From Enoplolaimus lenunculus (taxonomy: Eukaryota), in contig JASANG010004131.1 of assembly GCA_030248215.1 (NCBI GenBank), positions 62,001-126,000 on the forward strand: 64,000 nucleotides of DNA. The letters are read 5' to 3'. The number at the start of each line of letters is the position of its first letter. Position 1 is the first letter of the stretch. Shown piece after piece: positions 38,197 through 52,445 of this stretch. Below the pieces are notes generated by a model. The model was not told where the DNA came from and did not search any database. It worked only from the letters and a program-made list of their open reading frames with translations. A program made the translations under genes and the position numbers.

Positions 38197-40113
38197 TGAG
38201 CTTTCATGTTTGAAACGCTATGACGAACCTACTCAGCATACGAAATCGTATCTAAAATACAAAACGGTTTTAGTAATGTTAGCCAACGTATAGAACAGGT
38301 CAGTATCACTAGTAAAGCGTACGAATGAGCTAATATACCCCTAAGCCTAAACCGAAACATTTGTCAAATCATAAAGCTTACGGTTTCCACACAGACAATA
38401 AAATATATGTTTATACGTCATATTTCTAAAATTCAATAATTTTCCATCAAACATCGTCAAAAAAATTACTAATTTATTGCACTTGCGGTGATTTTAAGTG
38501 TTTTTTTAGAAATTAACATCTATTAAAAAGTGAAAGATCTTAAAACCAGTGTAAAACAAAATTGCAATTTATCTTGTTAATTTACCGTTTATACGCTGAA
38601 AAACTCATTATCCGTTATCATAAAGCGTAATCTTTTATGATTTAATGCTATTTTTTTGTTTCTTCTTTCGTTAAAAATTCACTAAAAATTAAGGTTTAAA
38701 AAAACTATGACGCTAACATAAAACGACCACCGGCAACAGTTCGCTATCAATTTTGGACGATTTGAACGTAAATTTACGAATAACACTTCATTTTTCAAAA
38801 AAGTCATAACCTTTGGTCATTAAAATGTTCACCGTGAGCAAAACCAGCTCAGGGCACAACAGAGAGGTGTCGACTGGAGTCTTTAACATTTTTAAACTAC
38901 AACTTCTGTGTAGAATTTCATGCTCAAATTGCATTCAGTACTTCAGCCGCTTCGTTTGCGTGGTTTCACTATTGGTCCCATGTTGTTGGACCCATTGCTG
39001 TCCCGTTTTTTTACCAGCATTCGAAATACACGTCTAGTTTAGTATTTGTCAGTTTTTAATAACCCGTAATAATTTTGAATTTTTATTCTTTTTGTTTTTG
39101 TGCCGCTTCTACACCGTTTTATCAGATAGTAAGTTCAACTCCAGTGAGATGCGCTTGTTACCGTACAAAATTATCGAATTCATTTTTTGTCAACGTTTGT
39201 CTAAAAAGTATAAGTTTCAAGGCTGTACACATCATTTCTATTCACATGCAGAACAGTAGAGGGACAGAAACAATGTATGCTGGCTTTAGGTGCTTAAGGT
39301 ACACTTTAGTCATAGCAAAAATTAAAATCGTCAGATGTTAAATGTATACATCTCGCGTGTTAGGCAAAAAAACGTTTATTCTTAAAACCAACTAGCATTC
39401 TACAACTTCTATGACCAATCTAGACAATAACATTTAATCATATATGACAAGGTTTTGACGCTGTTTAATTTTTAATGAACTATTTTAAAGACAAAATGTC
39501 GGTATATAAAGTGTGAACAGCTCATAGTTACCATATCGTGTGATTTTCAAGCGATCTTTAGTAAATATTTAAATTTGATTTGTCAGAAAAAAAAACAATT
39601 TTTGACATAAGGCTAAACTCAAGATGATAAATTAAAATTGTTTCTTTTTTGTGACCTTCGGGTCAACATTTGACGCCGAAAAAAAACACCAGATTGCCAG
39701 CGAGTCAGAAAGACCGCAAAGTTGAGAATTCCAAATTTAGACGATTTTTAAACTTTAGAATGTATTTATTTGATTTAACAATTTAAACCACAAATTAGGT
39801 GACACTTTTGCTTGCCAGATTTGATTGATAGTAATGGGTTGCCAATATTGCTCTAGCATGCGTCAATTTCAGGTTTAAACCAAATTTCCAATTGTCGCGT
39901 TGAAAACTATTTGCGCATTCATTGACACTTCCGGAAAGTGTTAATATTAATCTAATTTTTTTCCAATTGCTTAAAAATAAAATACGACACAAAATCAAGT
40001 TAAACCAAAGGTGTTAGAAACCGTGTCACATTCATCAAACCACCAGCACCAGTTTGTGGTAACAGCTCAGCTTGGTTTTAAAAGTTTACCAAATACGTTT
40101 AATTGAAAATACC

Positions 40114-40221
<108 letters not shown>

Positions 40222-40471
40222 TTCGAAATTTCTAAGACATGAAATCGCTTCATGCGCACTTGTCATAGGAAGATTTTGAATTATGTAAATGACCTTAAAT
40301 GTTAATAGAAGCAACCTTCACCTTAAGATTATGGTTAAGCTTGTAACTAGAGAGAAAAATGTGCCAGAGTCGAATAACTTTTAACTCGTTGTTTTCAATT
40401 TATATTGACTTTAGGAAACTGAGTTTCTCGCTTTCTAACAAGTACAATAATCCAAATGAAATTGCGTTTCC

Positions 40472-40662
40472 GGCCAATGTAAAAAACAGGTGCCGAACAG
40501 TATTATAAACATATTTCTAAGCCTAAACCTATGCCTAAGCGTAAAAATGAGTCTATTTTTAAGCCTAAATCTAAGCTAAGTAAAAATATTAGTGTAATGC
40601 TTAAGCTTACTCTTTTCTAGTCCCACAGAAAAACGTTGCACCCGCTGATCTTTATATGAGCC
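40472..40662. mobile_element. TTAGGC-family MITE
   Basis: GGCCAATGTAAA...TTTATATGAGCC, TSD GCGTTTCC/GCGTTTTC. Confidence 0.8.
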
Positions 40663-41322
40663 GCGTTTTCTATATTTGCATGGACTAAATTTAAACTTTT
40701 GTGCAAAGTAATAAATAATTAAAATTTCAGCTTGCGCATCATTGTTAGGATAAATATAAACACTGGATGTTTACTGTTTTAAATAATATATTTTCATACG
40801 AAACAGCGATGTATCTACTTGAGACAGTGCTACTACTTGAGCGATATAATGCGAGGAATTATATTTCAACTAAAAATAGACGAACAACACGTATAGACAA
40901 TTGTAAAATTAATCTGATTTGTCAAGTCTGAAATGGTTATTGACACTGCACGTTGCGGTTTGTGTTTTTAAAATTTCAAGTTTTCAAACGTCCGTAGCTG
41001 GAACTGCTGCTACCCCGTAGTTGTTTAAATTTCAATTCATGTTTACGCTTTTTATGTTGCCGATTGAAATTAAGTATATATTGTCCAGTTAAACACTTGA
41101 CACGGTGGTTGAACTTTCGTTTACAGTTTAGGTCAATTGAGGACAATAAGTCGCGAGGTGCAACCGTATATGAAAAGGACCGGAGCCGAGGAGACTTGCA
41201 ACAAGCGGAACTGGAACCGGATGTAATGTAAAATTTTTGACAATCAAAATGATGGTGAATCTGCTAACTTTTACAGTCTAATCTGCTGTTGGTTAAAAAT
41301 TGTAGTCAAGTTTTTCTTTGAC

Positions 41323-41706
41323 AAATTTGTGCGACTAAAGCTTTCAAAATTGCGCCCCCCCCCCCAAGTAAAAATAAAACAAGTTCACTGGCAAACACAT
41401 CTTTTATAAGCATGCGATAACATTCGCTACTGAAATTGTCAAAATTTCCGGCAACAATTCTGACCGGTGCCGAAGATTGATTTTCTGCCACAGCCGGACC
41501 CAACCCTTCGGTTGTAAATTTGTGCGACTAAAGCTTTCAAAATTGCCCCCCCCCCAAGTAAAAATAAAACAAGTTCACTGGCAAACACATCTTTTATAAG
41601 CATGCGATAAAATTCGATACTGGAATTGTCAAAATTTCCGGCAACAATTCTGACCGGTGCCGAAGATTGATTTTCTGCCACAGCCGGATCCAACCCTCCG
41701 GTTGTA
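41323..41706. repeat. Tandem duplication, 2 x ~193 bp
   Basis: AAATTTGTGCGACTAAAG... starts at 41323 and 41516, near-identical. Confidence 0.9.
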
Positions 41707-41970
41707 CAATGCAATGTTACAAGTTTCAAATGCTGCATGACCAAACAAATATTATCGATATCCATGAGAAACTATGGGGCTTCGGAACAGGGTTGCCTTG
41801 CAGCAAGAGTGCGTCGCAGTCACCCAGATTTTCCAAAGTAACATATCGCATGAAGATTTAATGCTAAAATTGCATTTGGTTTCTCACTCGCTTTGACTCA
41901 CGATGAATCATCCACTGTTGTGTCTTTAGCTGCAGATAAATAAAGTAAACACGTTATTGTTATATTTTGC

Positions 41971-42148
41971 AGCCCATGTGAAACTCAGGGACAGAACGTT
42001 TTTCTGTGGGACCAGAATAGAGTACTTAAGCTTAAAAGCTTTAGACTAGTTTTTTTGCTTGGCTTAGGCTTTGGAATAAACTCATTCATACGCTTAGGCT
42101 TAGTATGGCGCTTATAATACTGTCCCGCCCATGTTCTTTATATTGACC
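41971..42148. mobile_element. TTAGGC-family MITE
   Basis: AGCCCATGTG...TATATTGACC, perfect TSD TATTTTGC. Confidence 0.85.
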
Positions 42149-43146
42149 TATTTTGCTCTAATCCCTCTCCTATTAAAAGACTGCAACAAAGTGACACGAA
42201 TAACTCAAATTCGTTGTTCAATTGATGCGTTGCTGTTCGTAAAAATTTAAAATCTTAAAATACAACAAATCAACTTGATGATATATGTTCAGTTTAAAAT
42301 CTAATTTTTAAACAATCAATTAATTACCGCAATTCAGACAGAACTCTGTATCACGCAACACATACACGCGAACAAAATAATGCAAGCTTGCTTTTTCATC
42401 TTTAATACTTACCTTAATAACCCTATCACCAATAATACCTTTCTTCAAGGCAGACAAGACGCAAATAGTCACGCGTCGACACACGTTTACCCGAAGGTCA
42501 AAACAATATTTATTTAGTACAATAAGTTATTGCATTTACAGTGGACAAGATGAGGTGTGGTAGGCTCTAAAAATTGCAAATTTTGCACTATTTATGAAAA
42601 GTTTACTAAATATCAAATATGTTTTTAAATTTCAAATTTCATACGCAATATCGTTTTTCGAGGCTGAAAATTAACCATTAATTTTATAGTATGCAATGGG
42701 TACAAATTGGTCATTAAATTGTTAAGTTGTGCAATGCTGTTATTGATTGCAGACTACAGCTGTGGTTGAAAACTTTCACCTTTCTAAAGCCACTTTTACG
42801 CTTCGCCTCAAAGTTTTCGCAATTTTCAGATTTTATCAGCCTTAGGACGTGGCTTAGGCTTACGTTTCAGCTTGTGGATGGAAGCTGCACAATCTGAAAG
42901 CTCCTGCAAAGATTAATTAAATTGAGGCGAAAAATAAATTATGTATCTAATTTGTTTTTCTTAATATGTGATAGGCTGCGGCTTAATCTTCCAACTGGGA
43001 TTAAATATTGCATATAATTAGTACAGTTTAAAAATTTTACCATAACGATTTTTATTTAGCACCCTTATTTATATGAAACAAGAACTATTGAGAAAAGCAT
43101 TATAAACTTTAAAGGGTCATGTTCGTACGATTGACCTCTCCCCATA

Positions 43147-43354
43147 CACTGCAAAAAATGGTGAGTCAAGTCGGCTCACTCCGAAATAGGCTTTTCGAGA
43201 CTGCACAAACTGAGTCAAATTTGACTCCGTCAAAATTAAACGTGCGACTCAGTGAGTCAAATTTGACTCTGACGGAACCGATTTTACTCAGTTTGTGCAG
43301 TCCCGAAAGGCCTATTTCACAGATCGCCAGTTTGACTCATCATTTTTTACAGTG
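43147..43354. mobile_element. Palindromic CACTG-ended MITE
   Basis: Same family as 4417, flanked by TA/TA. Confidence 0.85.
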
Positions 43355-46300
43355 TACAGTATCATTAATTATATATATCTCTAATTCACAGCTAAACTCG
43401 AAACATTTAACTTTTACTTATTATCACAAGTGTTTGCTTTAACAGTTTGAATTTGGCATATCAAGGTCGACAATTGTGCTCATGTTTACAATTGATTTAG
43501 TGTATTAATATTATGGGTTACGTCGCGAAAACCCATTTAACTACGCTTCAAATTTCAATACTGAAGATTTTAGAAAATTATCAAATGTTTATCGACAGTG
43601 TGACAACGGCGAAACACCATTGAAACTGTCGAGCGTTTAGTGTAGAGAAATTGCTCATAAAATATACTATTTGCAGTTTACAATTTTAATTTGAAAGTAA
43701 AAATTTAATTTTAAACACCGTGTTCAGTGACGGTAGTACCATCCGGTATCCAGTTGACTTCACTAAACACAACACTTAAAATATTCAGACTGAATAAGCG
43801 ACAGGTTGAAGATAATATAATTATATGTTTTAGTTTGCAGACAAAAATTGACTACCCAGTCATGGAACTGAAAGAAGTATTTTTAACAGCGGATATAGTG
43901 AACAATGTTTAGATGCAGCTAAAATTATACTGTCAAATTCGAAAGCAGGCAAGCATTTAAATTAAAGCTTCGTAATGGTTTTAAAACAGGGGTGTGATTT
44001 TTGTTAAAATATTGCGGGTGCAAAAAAGCCTCATGAAGTATGCGTTGTTAGTAGGAAAAGGTTTCATAGATCGGTAACCAAGTTAATAGTATACATACAT
44101 ACATACGTACATATATATGTATATATGTATGTATATACATATATCGAGACCAAATTCACTTTAGGGGCTTAAGCTAAGAAAAGGTTTTCCCAACAATTAC
44201 ACCGCTGTTAGTTAGAACACCAACATTATTTTATCTGTCGCTAAAATTGTTATCTTATTTAAAACCGATAAAAGTTCTTTGCCTAAAATATCAATCGATG
44301 TACAGATTATTATTTAAATTTTATTCTTAATTGATTTTAAGTACTCATGGATGTCAAAATGTTTTTGAGGAAAGACAGCAAATTGAAATTAGGAATGAAT
44401 TGCGATGCCTATTTTTGTGTTCGAGGACTTGCAAATTTTGTTCGCTTAAAAAATCGAACCTCGCTTGTTGATAATAAAACAGGTGTTAAGTTTACGTAGA
44501 ATTAGAATTTGCCAAAAAACCTGGTAATTCTTAATTATAGAACAACAAGAAGCACAGCCGAATCAATGCAATTACATGCATTGCTCCGCATTACATCAGT
44601 GAGGACTAACATGCAAAAGTGTCATAGAAGATACTTTGCTACGAGTAAAAATTTGAACCAATGTATAGAACAGGGCCGGAACAGCAGTATAAGCATAGTT
44701 CTAAGTTTCTAAGCGTATGCATAAACGTAAGCATAAGCCTATAATTAAACCTAAGCAAAGCAAAAATAGTCTAAAACTTAAGCTTACTCTATTGCGGTCC
44801 CGCAGCCAAACGGTCCGCCTCTGATCTATCCATGGGCTAAAAATTACAATAACATAATGAAAAAATCGCTGTTTTTTGTAAAAAAATTTACTAGTCATAC
44901 TCATAAGAAAAAACTCAAAGACACAGACAGTTTAATACTTTATACTCAAATATGACAAAAATATTGCTTAAAGCTTAATATAGATCTGAAACCAAGATTA
45001 ACGTTAGCAAAACATCAACACTGGGTGGGTATTCAGCTAATATTAATTAAATACTAAACACTAAACATTATATTGAGGTAAAAACCTTGAAATTTTTTAT
45101 TTTGAACGAAAAATCAAAAATGCTGTAAACGACTACTATTGACGCTCGGCATAAAGGTGTCAAATGTTGCTGTCATATCAATGTGGTCTTCGTGTAAAAG
45201 ACAATTATGCATATTCCTAAGCCTAAGCTTAAGTCTAAGCCTAAGCGTAAAGATGAGCCTATTTCTAAGCCTAAGCAAAAAAGTCAGTCTAAAGCTTATT
45301 AACTTGACACTATTGCCGCCATGCAGGAAAACGTTCCTGCACTGTTCTATACATGGGCCAGACAATTTCCAACGAATATAGAAATTGTGCCTAATAAATA
45401 AAAGCGAAATCTCAAAACAATGAAGCGTAATGTTTCACGGTTGAGTTTGAAACAGTCTATCGGTATCACTTACATAAAAACAATTAGTACAATCAAGAGT
45501 GATTCTTGACAAGAGTGTGCAATTCATGGCGTCCGGCATGGTATAAAATGTACCACCGGGTGTTGCGTTGTTGGCCGACCCCACCCCCCGGTTAGAGGGT
45601 GTTGGTATTACATGAGTATTTCTAAACTAAACTATAAGGGAAGCATGTCTGATGCTGCATACATAAAGTGTCATGGTTCGCATCGGTTGTACCGCTCTAA
45701 ATAATGGGGGGTAGAGCAAAAACGCAACGTGTGCCTGCTATAGTTTTTTCTACACTGAATATGCACAGTTGCACACTCTTGTTAAATAGCGATTATCCAC
45801 TCTTGGTATTATCAACAGTGGATGATCACATTTACACAAGACTGTGCAACTGGACACATTCTGTGTACAATAGAATGTACCCAGTGCGCGTTGCGTTTTT
45901 AAATTTTCCTGATACGCTTCAGGTTTACTACATGTGATATCGACCCCCCTCCAAAATGATGGAGGTACAGCAAAAACACAACGAGTGCTAGAACATTTTG
46001 TACTACGCACCACCTAACTGGTTGCACACTCTTGTCAACAAGTGATCATCCACTCTTGGTACAATCAACCGTGAAAATTTCACAAGCATAAAAGTATATA
46101 TACTCATTCATTATCTTCACTGTTCACCGTCTGTTTTGTTTTTTAATCACTGAACATTTGACTTGTTCTCACTTCTGTTCAAAGTTGAAATGACTCATAA
46201 ATTCAACAAATATCGCACAATCAACCCTGAATCTTTGGCTATCAAATCGCCAATTTTGAACTATTTTACTGGTGATTGCAGCATTGCAAGATCTTTGCGT

Positions 46301-46442
46301 CTGAACCAGCAGAACGACTATAAATCGTTGCCGACGAAAGTATCTGAAACAATAACTGGTAACTCCGAGATAAGGCATCGTCAGCAATGTCCTACCGTTG
46401 GCTTTATTCCCACGCTTTGATCAATTGAGTTTACGCAGGTCT

Positions 46443-46632
46443 GGCATCATGCACAGATCAAGGGTGGAGCGTTTTTCTCCAGGACAGCAATAGAGTAAGC
46501 CTAAGCTTTAGACTAATTTTTGTTTAGGCTTAGGCTTAGGTATAAACTCATTTTTATGCTTAGACTTAGGTTTAAGGTTCTGCTTAGGAATATGCTTATA
46601 CTACTGTTACGGTCCTGTTGTATACATTGGCC
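46443..46632. mobile_element. TTAGGC-family MITE
   Basis: Family ends and (TTAGGC)n, TSD GCAGGTCT/GCAGTTCT. Confidence 0.8.
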
Positions 46633-47682
46633 GCAGTTCTGTAGTAGTCTATATACATACAGCGCATAGCAAAAAATGTACTGAAACCTGATTGGAGCTC
46701 GTTTAATGTTTTCAGGTTTCGCCTACTCTGATTGGAAGTTTCGCCTGTTGCAAAACGAAATGTCTTTCGCTGGTTAATTGAATATTATCCTTACCGGCTG
46801 ACATGCGGTAGCTTTATTCGCAAATAGCATTTGATTGGGTTATCAGTCAGGATCGCAATAACCATTCAGCGACGCTCCATATTAGCTGAAACAAAAGTAG
46901 TTAAGTCATTATACAAAGCAACTGTTCAAGCATGTGTCAACAAGGAACGCAATTTATATGCTAGTCGTCGTAGTTTGTGATGCTGAGTCGAATGGTGTTA
47001 AATTTTCTGCTAAATGCCAGAATAGTTATTTGACCATTACTCGTGAACCAGTGGTTGGTTTGACGGCAGACCTATAACACCATTGTGTTCAGCTGCCAAA
47101 ATTGCGTTGAACTGCATATATGCTGTTAAATTGTTTCCGTAAAATAATTTTTTCGATCTCAAGGGGGCGTTATGATTTCAAACCTTGCCAGAATTCAAAA
47201 TTTTATCTGTGGAATGATGAGGGCAGACCATGAGACAAACTATAGAAAACAAAACTAATTCGTATTATACTTGAGACAGAATATCAAATATATAAAAATG
47301 AATATTTAACTGTGACGCTTTGTCTATAAAAGCTTTTAAGAAGCCATATATTAATTTAAAAGTATAAAGCACACGTGCAACTATACTAGTCTCGTTATTG
47401 TAACATTTGATTAAATACAGATTTAAGCTAAATATTTTTAATAAGCTTTGCTGCTTAGCCGTTTTCATGCTTGAATTCATGTTTAGCAAACGACATCAAC
47501 AACATGTTTCTAATAGTAATCTGATTTTTCAGGTTTAGGGTCAAAACTTTTAGTCTAAGAAGTTCTAATGAAAGCATTCATAATTTCTCCTGAAGTATTT
47601 TCAGTTTAAAATTGTTGAATATAAATATAACTAGTCTGCCAGCTTTGCGCAAAGCACAAAAATTTCTTTGCAAACTTTCTTT

Positions 47683-47793
47683 TCATAGAACAATTACGTG
47701 TATTATTGAAGAAATTATTGTAAACAAAGTAAATGCTGGAAAGTTGCCCAAAATACGTATGTATGGCGTTCTAGCTTTAATATATACATTTAC
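47683..47793 (-). CDS. Gene B terminal coding exon with C-terminal transmembrane-like tail anchor
   Basis: Acceptor TTTTTGCAG| at 47794/47793 after a 154-nt intron. Phase-0 reading VNVYIKARTPYIRILGNFPAFTLFTIISSIIHVIVL then TGA (47685-47683). Confidence 0.72.
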   Translation of the reverse strand, partial: VNVYIKARTPYIRILGNFPAFTLFTIISSIIHVIVL

Positions 47794-47947
47794 CTGCAAA
47801 AAACTTTATAAAACGGTTGTTGCGCACTCCACATTTGTTTTTAAATTGTCCAGATTTCAGCTTAACTTAAGCTTAGGTTTAAACTCAAAATTAAGCTTAG
47901 GGTAAAGTGTGTGAAGGAAATTGTACGATTACCGCAGATCGACTTAC

Positions 47948-48252
47948 CTTTAGACAAATTTTCGCAATCATTGTCAACCGACCGGTTTGCAATCGGACAA
48001 CAAGTTTCGGTTGGGTGTGTCGAGTTTGTTTCAACTCAATTTCGTCACCAATTTGAGCCAAGCGACGTCCAATATTTCGACATACTGTTAACGATGGGGG
48101 AGGTGAGACAGTTGCACGGGTTTCAACGGTAGTTTGAAAGCGAGTCGCGTTGCAAAATGTGTGAGTTGAAAGCTCGTTTGGAAAGAATGTTGAGTCACAA
48201 CCGTGGCTAGTAGATGCTGAATGAGGTGACTGAGATAGCATTTGGTTAGGTT
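47948..48252 (-). CDS. Gene B coding exon 2 with BH3 domain
   Basis: Acceptor TTTTTGTTTTAG|AA at 48253/48252 completes the phase-1 codon (A+AA=Lys). Reads KPNQMLSQ...TVCRNIGRRLAQIGDEIELKQ...AKICLK. Perfect donor AAG|GTAAGT after 47948 (phase 0). Confidence 0.88.
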
Positions 48253-48778
48253 CTAAAACAAAAATATGCAATAAAACCATTTTCCCGTCAAAAACAAGAA
48301 GCAAAGCCTGTTCTGCAGCCAGAGTCGACTTATACAGTCAGACGCTTATCTTGTGATGGGTCATCCACGTTAAAATGCAGGTCATGCTATTCACTAACTG
48401 CATGCATTAAAACTGTAATTGTTAGTAACTTAAATTTATCAAGTACCCGCCAATTTTGAAACGCAAACCCCTATTTTAATTAACTTTTCTGATTTAGATA
48501 TCGTCAATCTTAATTCCTCGCTGCGTTATAACGCAAAACAAGCTCAAAAGCAATCAAATAATAAGTCTGTTTGCACATAATTGTCTAAACCAGGTCTTAG
48601 ACTAACAATTTGTAAACGTAAGTATTTAGTTTTAATTAGCTATAGCGAAATGTTTTTTGAGCGAAAACCGCAATTAGCATTAATAGATTTTGAGCTGGGA
48701 AACTAGTGCAAGTTTCTTAATATTTAAAATGTACCTTAACTACAAATTAATAAATCTTATATAATTTTTTAGACTTAC

Positions 48779-49394
48779 TTTGGTTTGGACTGATATTTTT
48801 CGCCGAGTTCGAGTTGCTGTTTTGCAAGTAACGTTCTTTTGTCTTTATCTGCATTATCTGAGGCTCTGCAGCTTTGTGTGTGTTCCAGCATCTGCCTCGC
48901 GGTCCCGAAAAATCAGGCAGACATTTCAATTGATGCATACTGTTCGATTTCAGGCGTTTACTATCCGGCGTGTTTGGCACAGCTGTAGCGAGACACGGCG
49001 CCGAAGTTGAAAACGTTGAATAATTTTGGTATTTGGCCGGCAAATAGGGTTTCAAATCGTCAAAAGCGCATGAGCTTCGTTCGAACTCAGGATCAGGCAA
49101 TAGCTCATACTCGCTGCTGGTGCTAATACTGCTTGGGTAATTGCTCGATGTTGCGAAAGGATGCAAAATTGATTTGTGACAGTTGGTTGAAACTAAATAA
49201 AATTCATCTTCGCTGTCGAATGTAAATATTTCAGGATGGGTCGGTTGACTGTAAGACAAGCCAATGCTCTTACTACCGGTTGAATAGTTCTTGGATAACG
49301 TTTTTGTGGGCGAAAAATATCCGCTATCCGGTGGGACAAAGCTTGATAGAGAACATCGGTTAGGTGATGACGTCAACGGTGACGAATGTGACAT
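48779..49394 (-). CDS. Gene B coding exon 1: BH3-only, BIM-like protein, paralogue of gene A
   Basis: ATG at 49394 (ACCATCATG) in a 215-codon ORF. Donor A|GTAAGT after 48779 (616 nt, phase 1, same as gene A). Encodes VPPDSGYFSP (49337-49308), PEIFTFD (49235-49215) and STSAP. Confidence 0.85.
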
Positions 49395-49870
49395 GATGGT
49401 AATAACAAATTCAAGCTGCGACGACTAATATATGTAGTATTTTTTTCTAAAAATAATTTCGGAAATTTTGTAAGTATATTTGATTCAAAATCCAAACATA
49501 ACTTTTTATTGGCTACTCGTGAACGACCAGTGCATAAGCTTCGCATACCGTTTGCTAATACGATATGTTTCTACAGATTCCAGGGTGTAAGCAGAGAGTA
49601 AAAATAACGGAACCGGATAGTGATTAAAATAACGGAAACGGATACCGATTTTTATCGCAAACGGATATCCGGTAACACCGTGTTAGAAACATATCTTCGT
49701 GCCTTACAGGAGTATGCTGCGGTCTTCGTTAGGTTGGTAAAATATTTTAAATTTTTTTGAAAATTGTGTACACTAAACATCAGTAATTTTGGTTTAATCA
49801 ATTAACGCAAACTTTTTTCGCCTAAGTGGTAAGCAGGCGGCGTATAATTGGTTTATATTTATTCATCAAC

Positions 49871-50343
49871 CAGGGTGCGACCGGATTGCAAAAAGCCGGA
49901 TACCGGAACCGGACACTGAGTTTTTTTAACGGAACCGGATGTTAACGGGATAGCGTGTTTTTTAAAATAAATCAATTTTTAGCACGTTAATGCGTCACTA
50001 AATGTTAATTTATCTTTAGTGAACGGAATATTGCGTTTATATAAAGAACGTGTCCTAATACTTGAAAATAATTGTGTGAAGCTGCAAATAATTGGTTTGT
50101 TTTGATAATAAAATCCGAATCGCTGCCTTAACCATATGCAAAAATACTGCTTTAAACCATTACTGTATATTTACATGTAATGGGACTGAAAACAATAACA
50201 TCTCACAACATAATTTGCAATAATTTGAGATTTACGAAATCATCACCGAAATTCGGTATCCGGTAGGTTTATACCGGATACCGGAACCGGATGCAGATTT
50301 TTGCCGGATAGTAAACAGGTGACGGATATCCGGTCGCATCCTG
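49871..50343. mobile_element. hAT-type MITE (CAGGGTGCAACCGGA family)
   Basis: CAGGGTGCGACCGGAT...ATCCGGTCGCATCCTG, perfect TSD TCATCAAC. Relatives at ~7990, 18350, 29201, 32025, 41155, 49580, 59537. Confidence 0.85.
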
Positions 50344-51590
50344 TCATCAACTATATGTTTTGCTTCATATCAGCTTCAAGTTAAGCACATCTAAATTATT
50401 CCTTTCTACAAGGACTTTTTTCTCAGAAGTATGCATCAAACATGGTTGAGATTAGACAATGACAACGTTCTATAGTTTTAAACTCAAACAAGAAATTAAC
50501 AGCATCCGTTGTGTAACTTTCTCGTTTGACTCCCTACGGACACAATTATAAAACAAATAAAAACTGGTAAAATTATATTCTGGATAATCAATTGTCTAAT
50601 AAAAATTCAACTCGACCATGTTTCAAGCGTCGAAAAAGTTGGGAACAAATTGGCTCAAAGTCAATGACCCAAATGTACGCAAAACTTGAATCAGACCCGT
50701 AACCTGGAACCACTACTTGCAAAGAAGACACCAATTTCAGCTGAGGACGGAACGAAAAAAGTTTCTTAGCACTGAATTTTTTATACTTTTAGATACTATT
50801 TTCTGCAAAGGGAGGTCAAAATGTCTGTAAGGAGGCACCCCCTGACCCATCCGATATCGGCCACAGTTGTGGTCCGGACTCGAACAGTTATTGAATAACA
50901 GATTGTCAAAAATAATCAATTTAAAACATCATCTTGCGGGAGATCGAAATTTTAAACATACCAATAAAATCACTTTATATAATTGGTCGTAAGTATCAAT
51001 TGTCCATATGTGGTTTCCAAGCCAAAAGTGTTTTTGGACGATCATCGTATCGCGTTTGTAGTTAATGAAATAAGCATAGCTTAATGGGATAAAGGCGCTT
51101 GTTATAAAAAGTAACATTTTAACTTGTTTCGGGTCGAAACGCAACGGTCACAGACGGGTCCGTAAACTTATGCTAGAAGGGGAGCTTAGACCCCCTTGTA
51201 AAATTTTGCCGCTCCCCTAGAAAATTTCCAGCCTTACTTCTAAGTCATCAAAAACCTTTGTATGCCCTCATAAAAAATGTTTAGCCCCCCGAGCATGTGA
51301 GCTATCTAACGGCCTGTTTACAGCCCTTTAGCCTCCAGAAATACATATACCTTTACAAGTGTATAGCAAAAAACTTTACGCTCATGCCAGTCGAAAGTAC
51401 AATTAAAATTGTACCCCCATTCAAAAATGGATTAAAACCCTTGTATGCCCCTCCTGTAAAACGTTTAACTCCAAGCAAGATGAGCTAACTAAGGGCACTG
51501 TTTACAGCACTTCAGCCTTCAGAAATACATATAGCCAGCCGAAAGTACAATTAAAATTGTAACCTCATTTCAAAAATGATTAAAACTCAC

Positions 51591-51730
51591 TCAAACAATG
51601 AAACTCGAAATCTCTGTTTCGCCTCTTCAATATACTGATACTACTCCAACACTAACATATCGTATTCAAGACAACAAGACAATTCTGATTGGATACCGGT
51701 AGAGGACACTAAAAACGACATCAGCCAATG
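51591..51730 (-). promoter_or_regulatory. Candidate promoter and non-coding first exon of gene B
   Basis: Minus-strand donor GA|GTGAGT after 51591. Two CCAAT boxes (51688-51692, 51725-51729) in non-repetitive sequence. Matching acceptor ATTTTTAG| at 49447/49446, just upstream of the ATG. Confidence 0.35.
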
Positions 51731-52009
51731 GGAAAGCAGTGCAATATTTATCTAGTCGATATAATTATGCGCCACTTGCAGTCTAGTTGCAGCATACGGC
51801 AATCAAGGGTGGAACTGGTGGTGTACCTATACTAAATTATTTAATTATTTCCCTGAATAAATCGTTGGCAATTTTTCCAGCCGAGAAGATTTTTTGGAAT
51901 TTACTCTACCAACGAAATCAGCCATCGGAATAAATCAGTGCTACATTTGTCTGTTAGAGAATCGCTTCTCTGAAAGTAGCAGTATTGAACGTAAAGTGTT
52001 TAAAGATGT

Positions 52010-52159
52010 GGCCCATGTTACTTTATGGAGCGTCCAGGTTTCTGGTGGGTCTAAAAAACAGTAAGCTTAAAGTCTAGATTACATTTTTCTGCTTAGGCTT
52101 AGGCTTAGGCTTAGGAATACACTTAATCTACTGTTACGCCCCTTAAAGTAACATTGGCC
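52010..52159. mobile_element. TTAGGC-containing MITE (GTTACTTT subfamily)
   Basis: GGCCCATGTTACTTT...AAAGTAACATTGGCC, perfect TSD AAAGATGT. Confidence 0.9.
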
Positions 52160-52445
52160 AAAGATGTGATACGATACTAAAATATAGGAATTGCTTATGG
52201 GATACAAACTTTTATTTTTTAGCTTGAACAATTGAAAATTACACTTTTCAACTATGAGATCACAGGATTCACTGCTTCTAAAGCAACAAATTCCAAACTG
52301 TGATCGATTTAAGTTTTTCCAATATAATTTACGGAAGAACTTTAATTGGTCGACGCAAAATTAGATATTTCTGATGTTTAAGAAAAAACTTCTTACATTA
52401 AAGTAATATGATTAGCAAGGTGCAGAAAAATTTTCGCAAAAAAGT

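Noticed and set aside
46163..46420. Overlapping 85-aa and 72-aa ORFs downstream of gene B
   Set aside because: No motif, no ATG start and no convincing splice partners.
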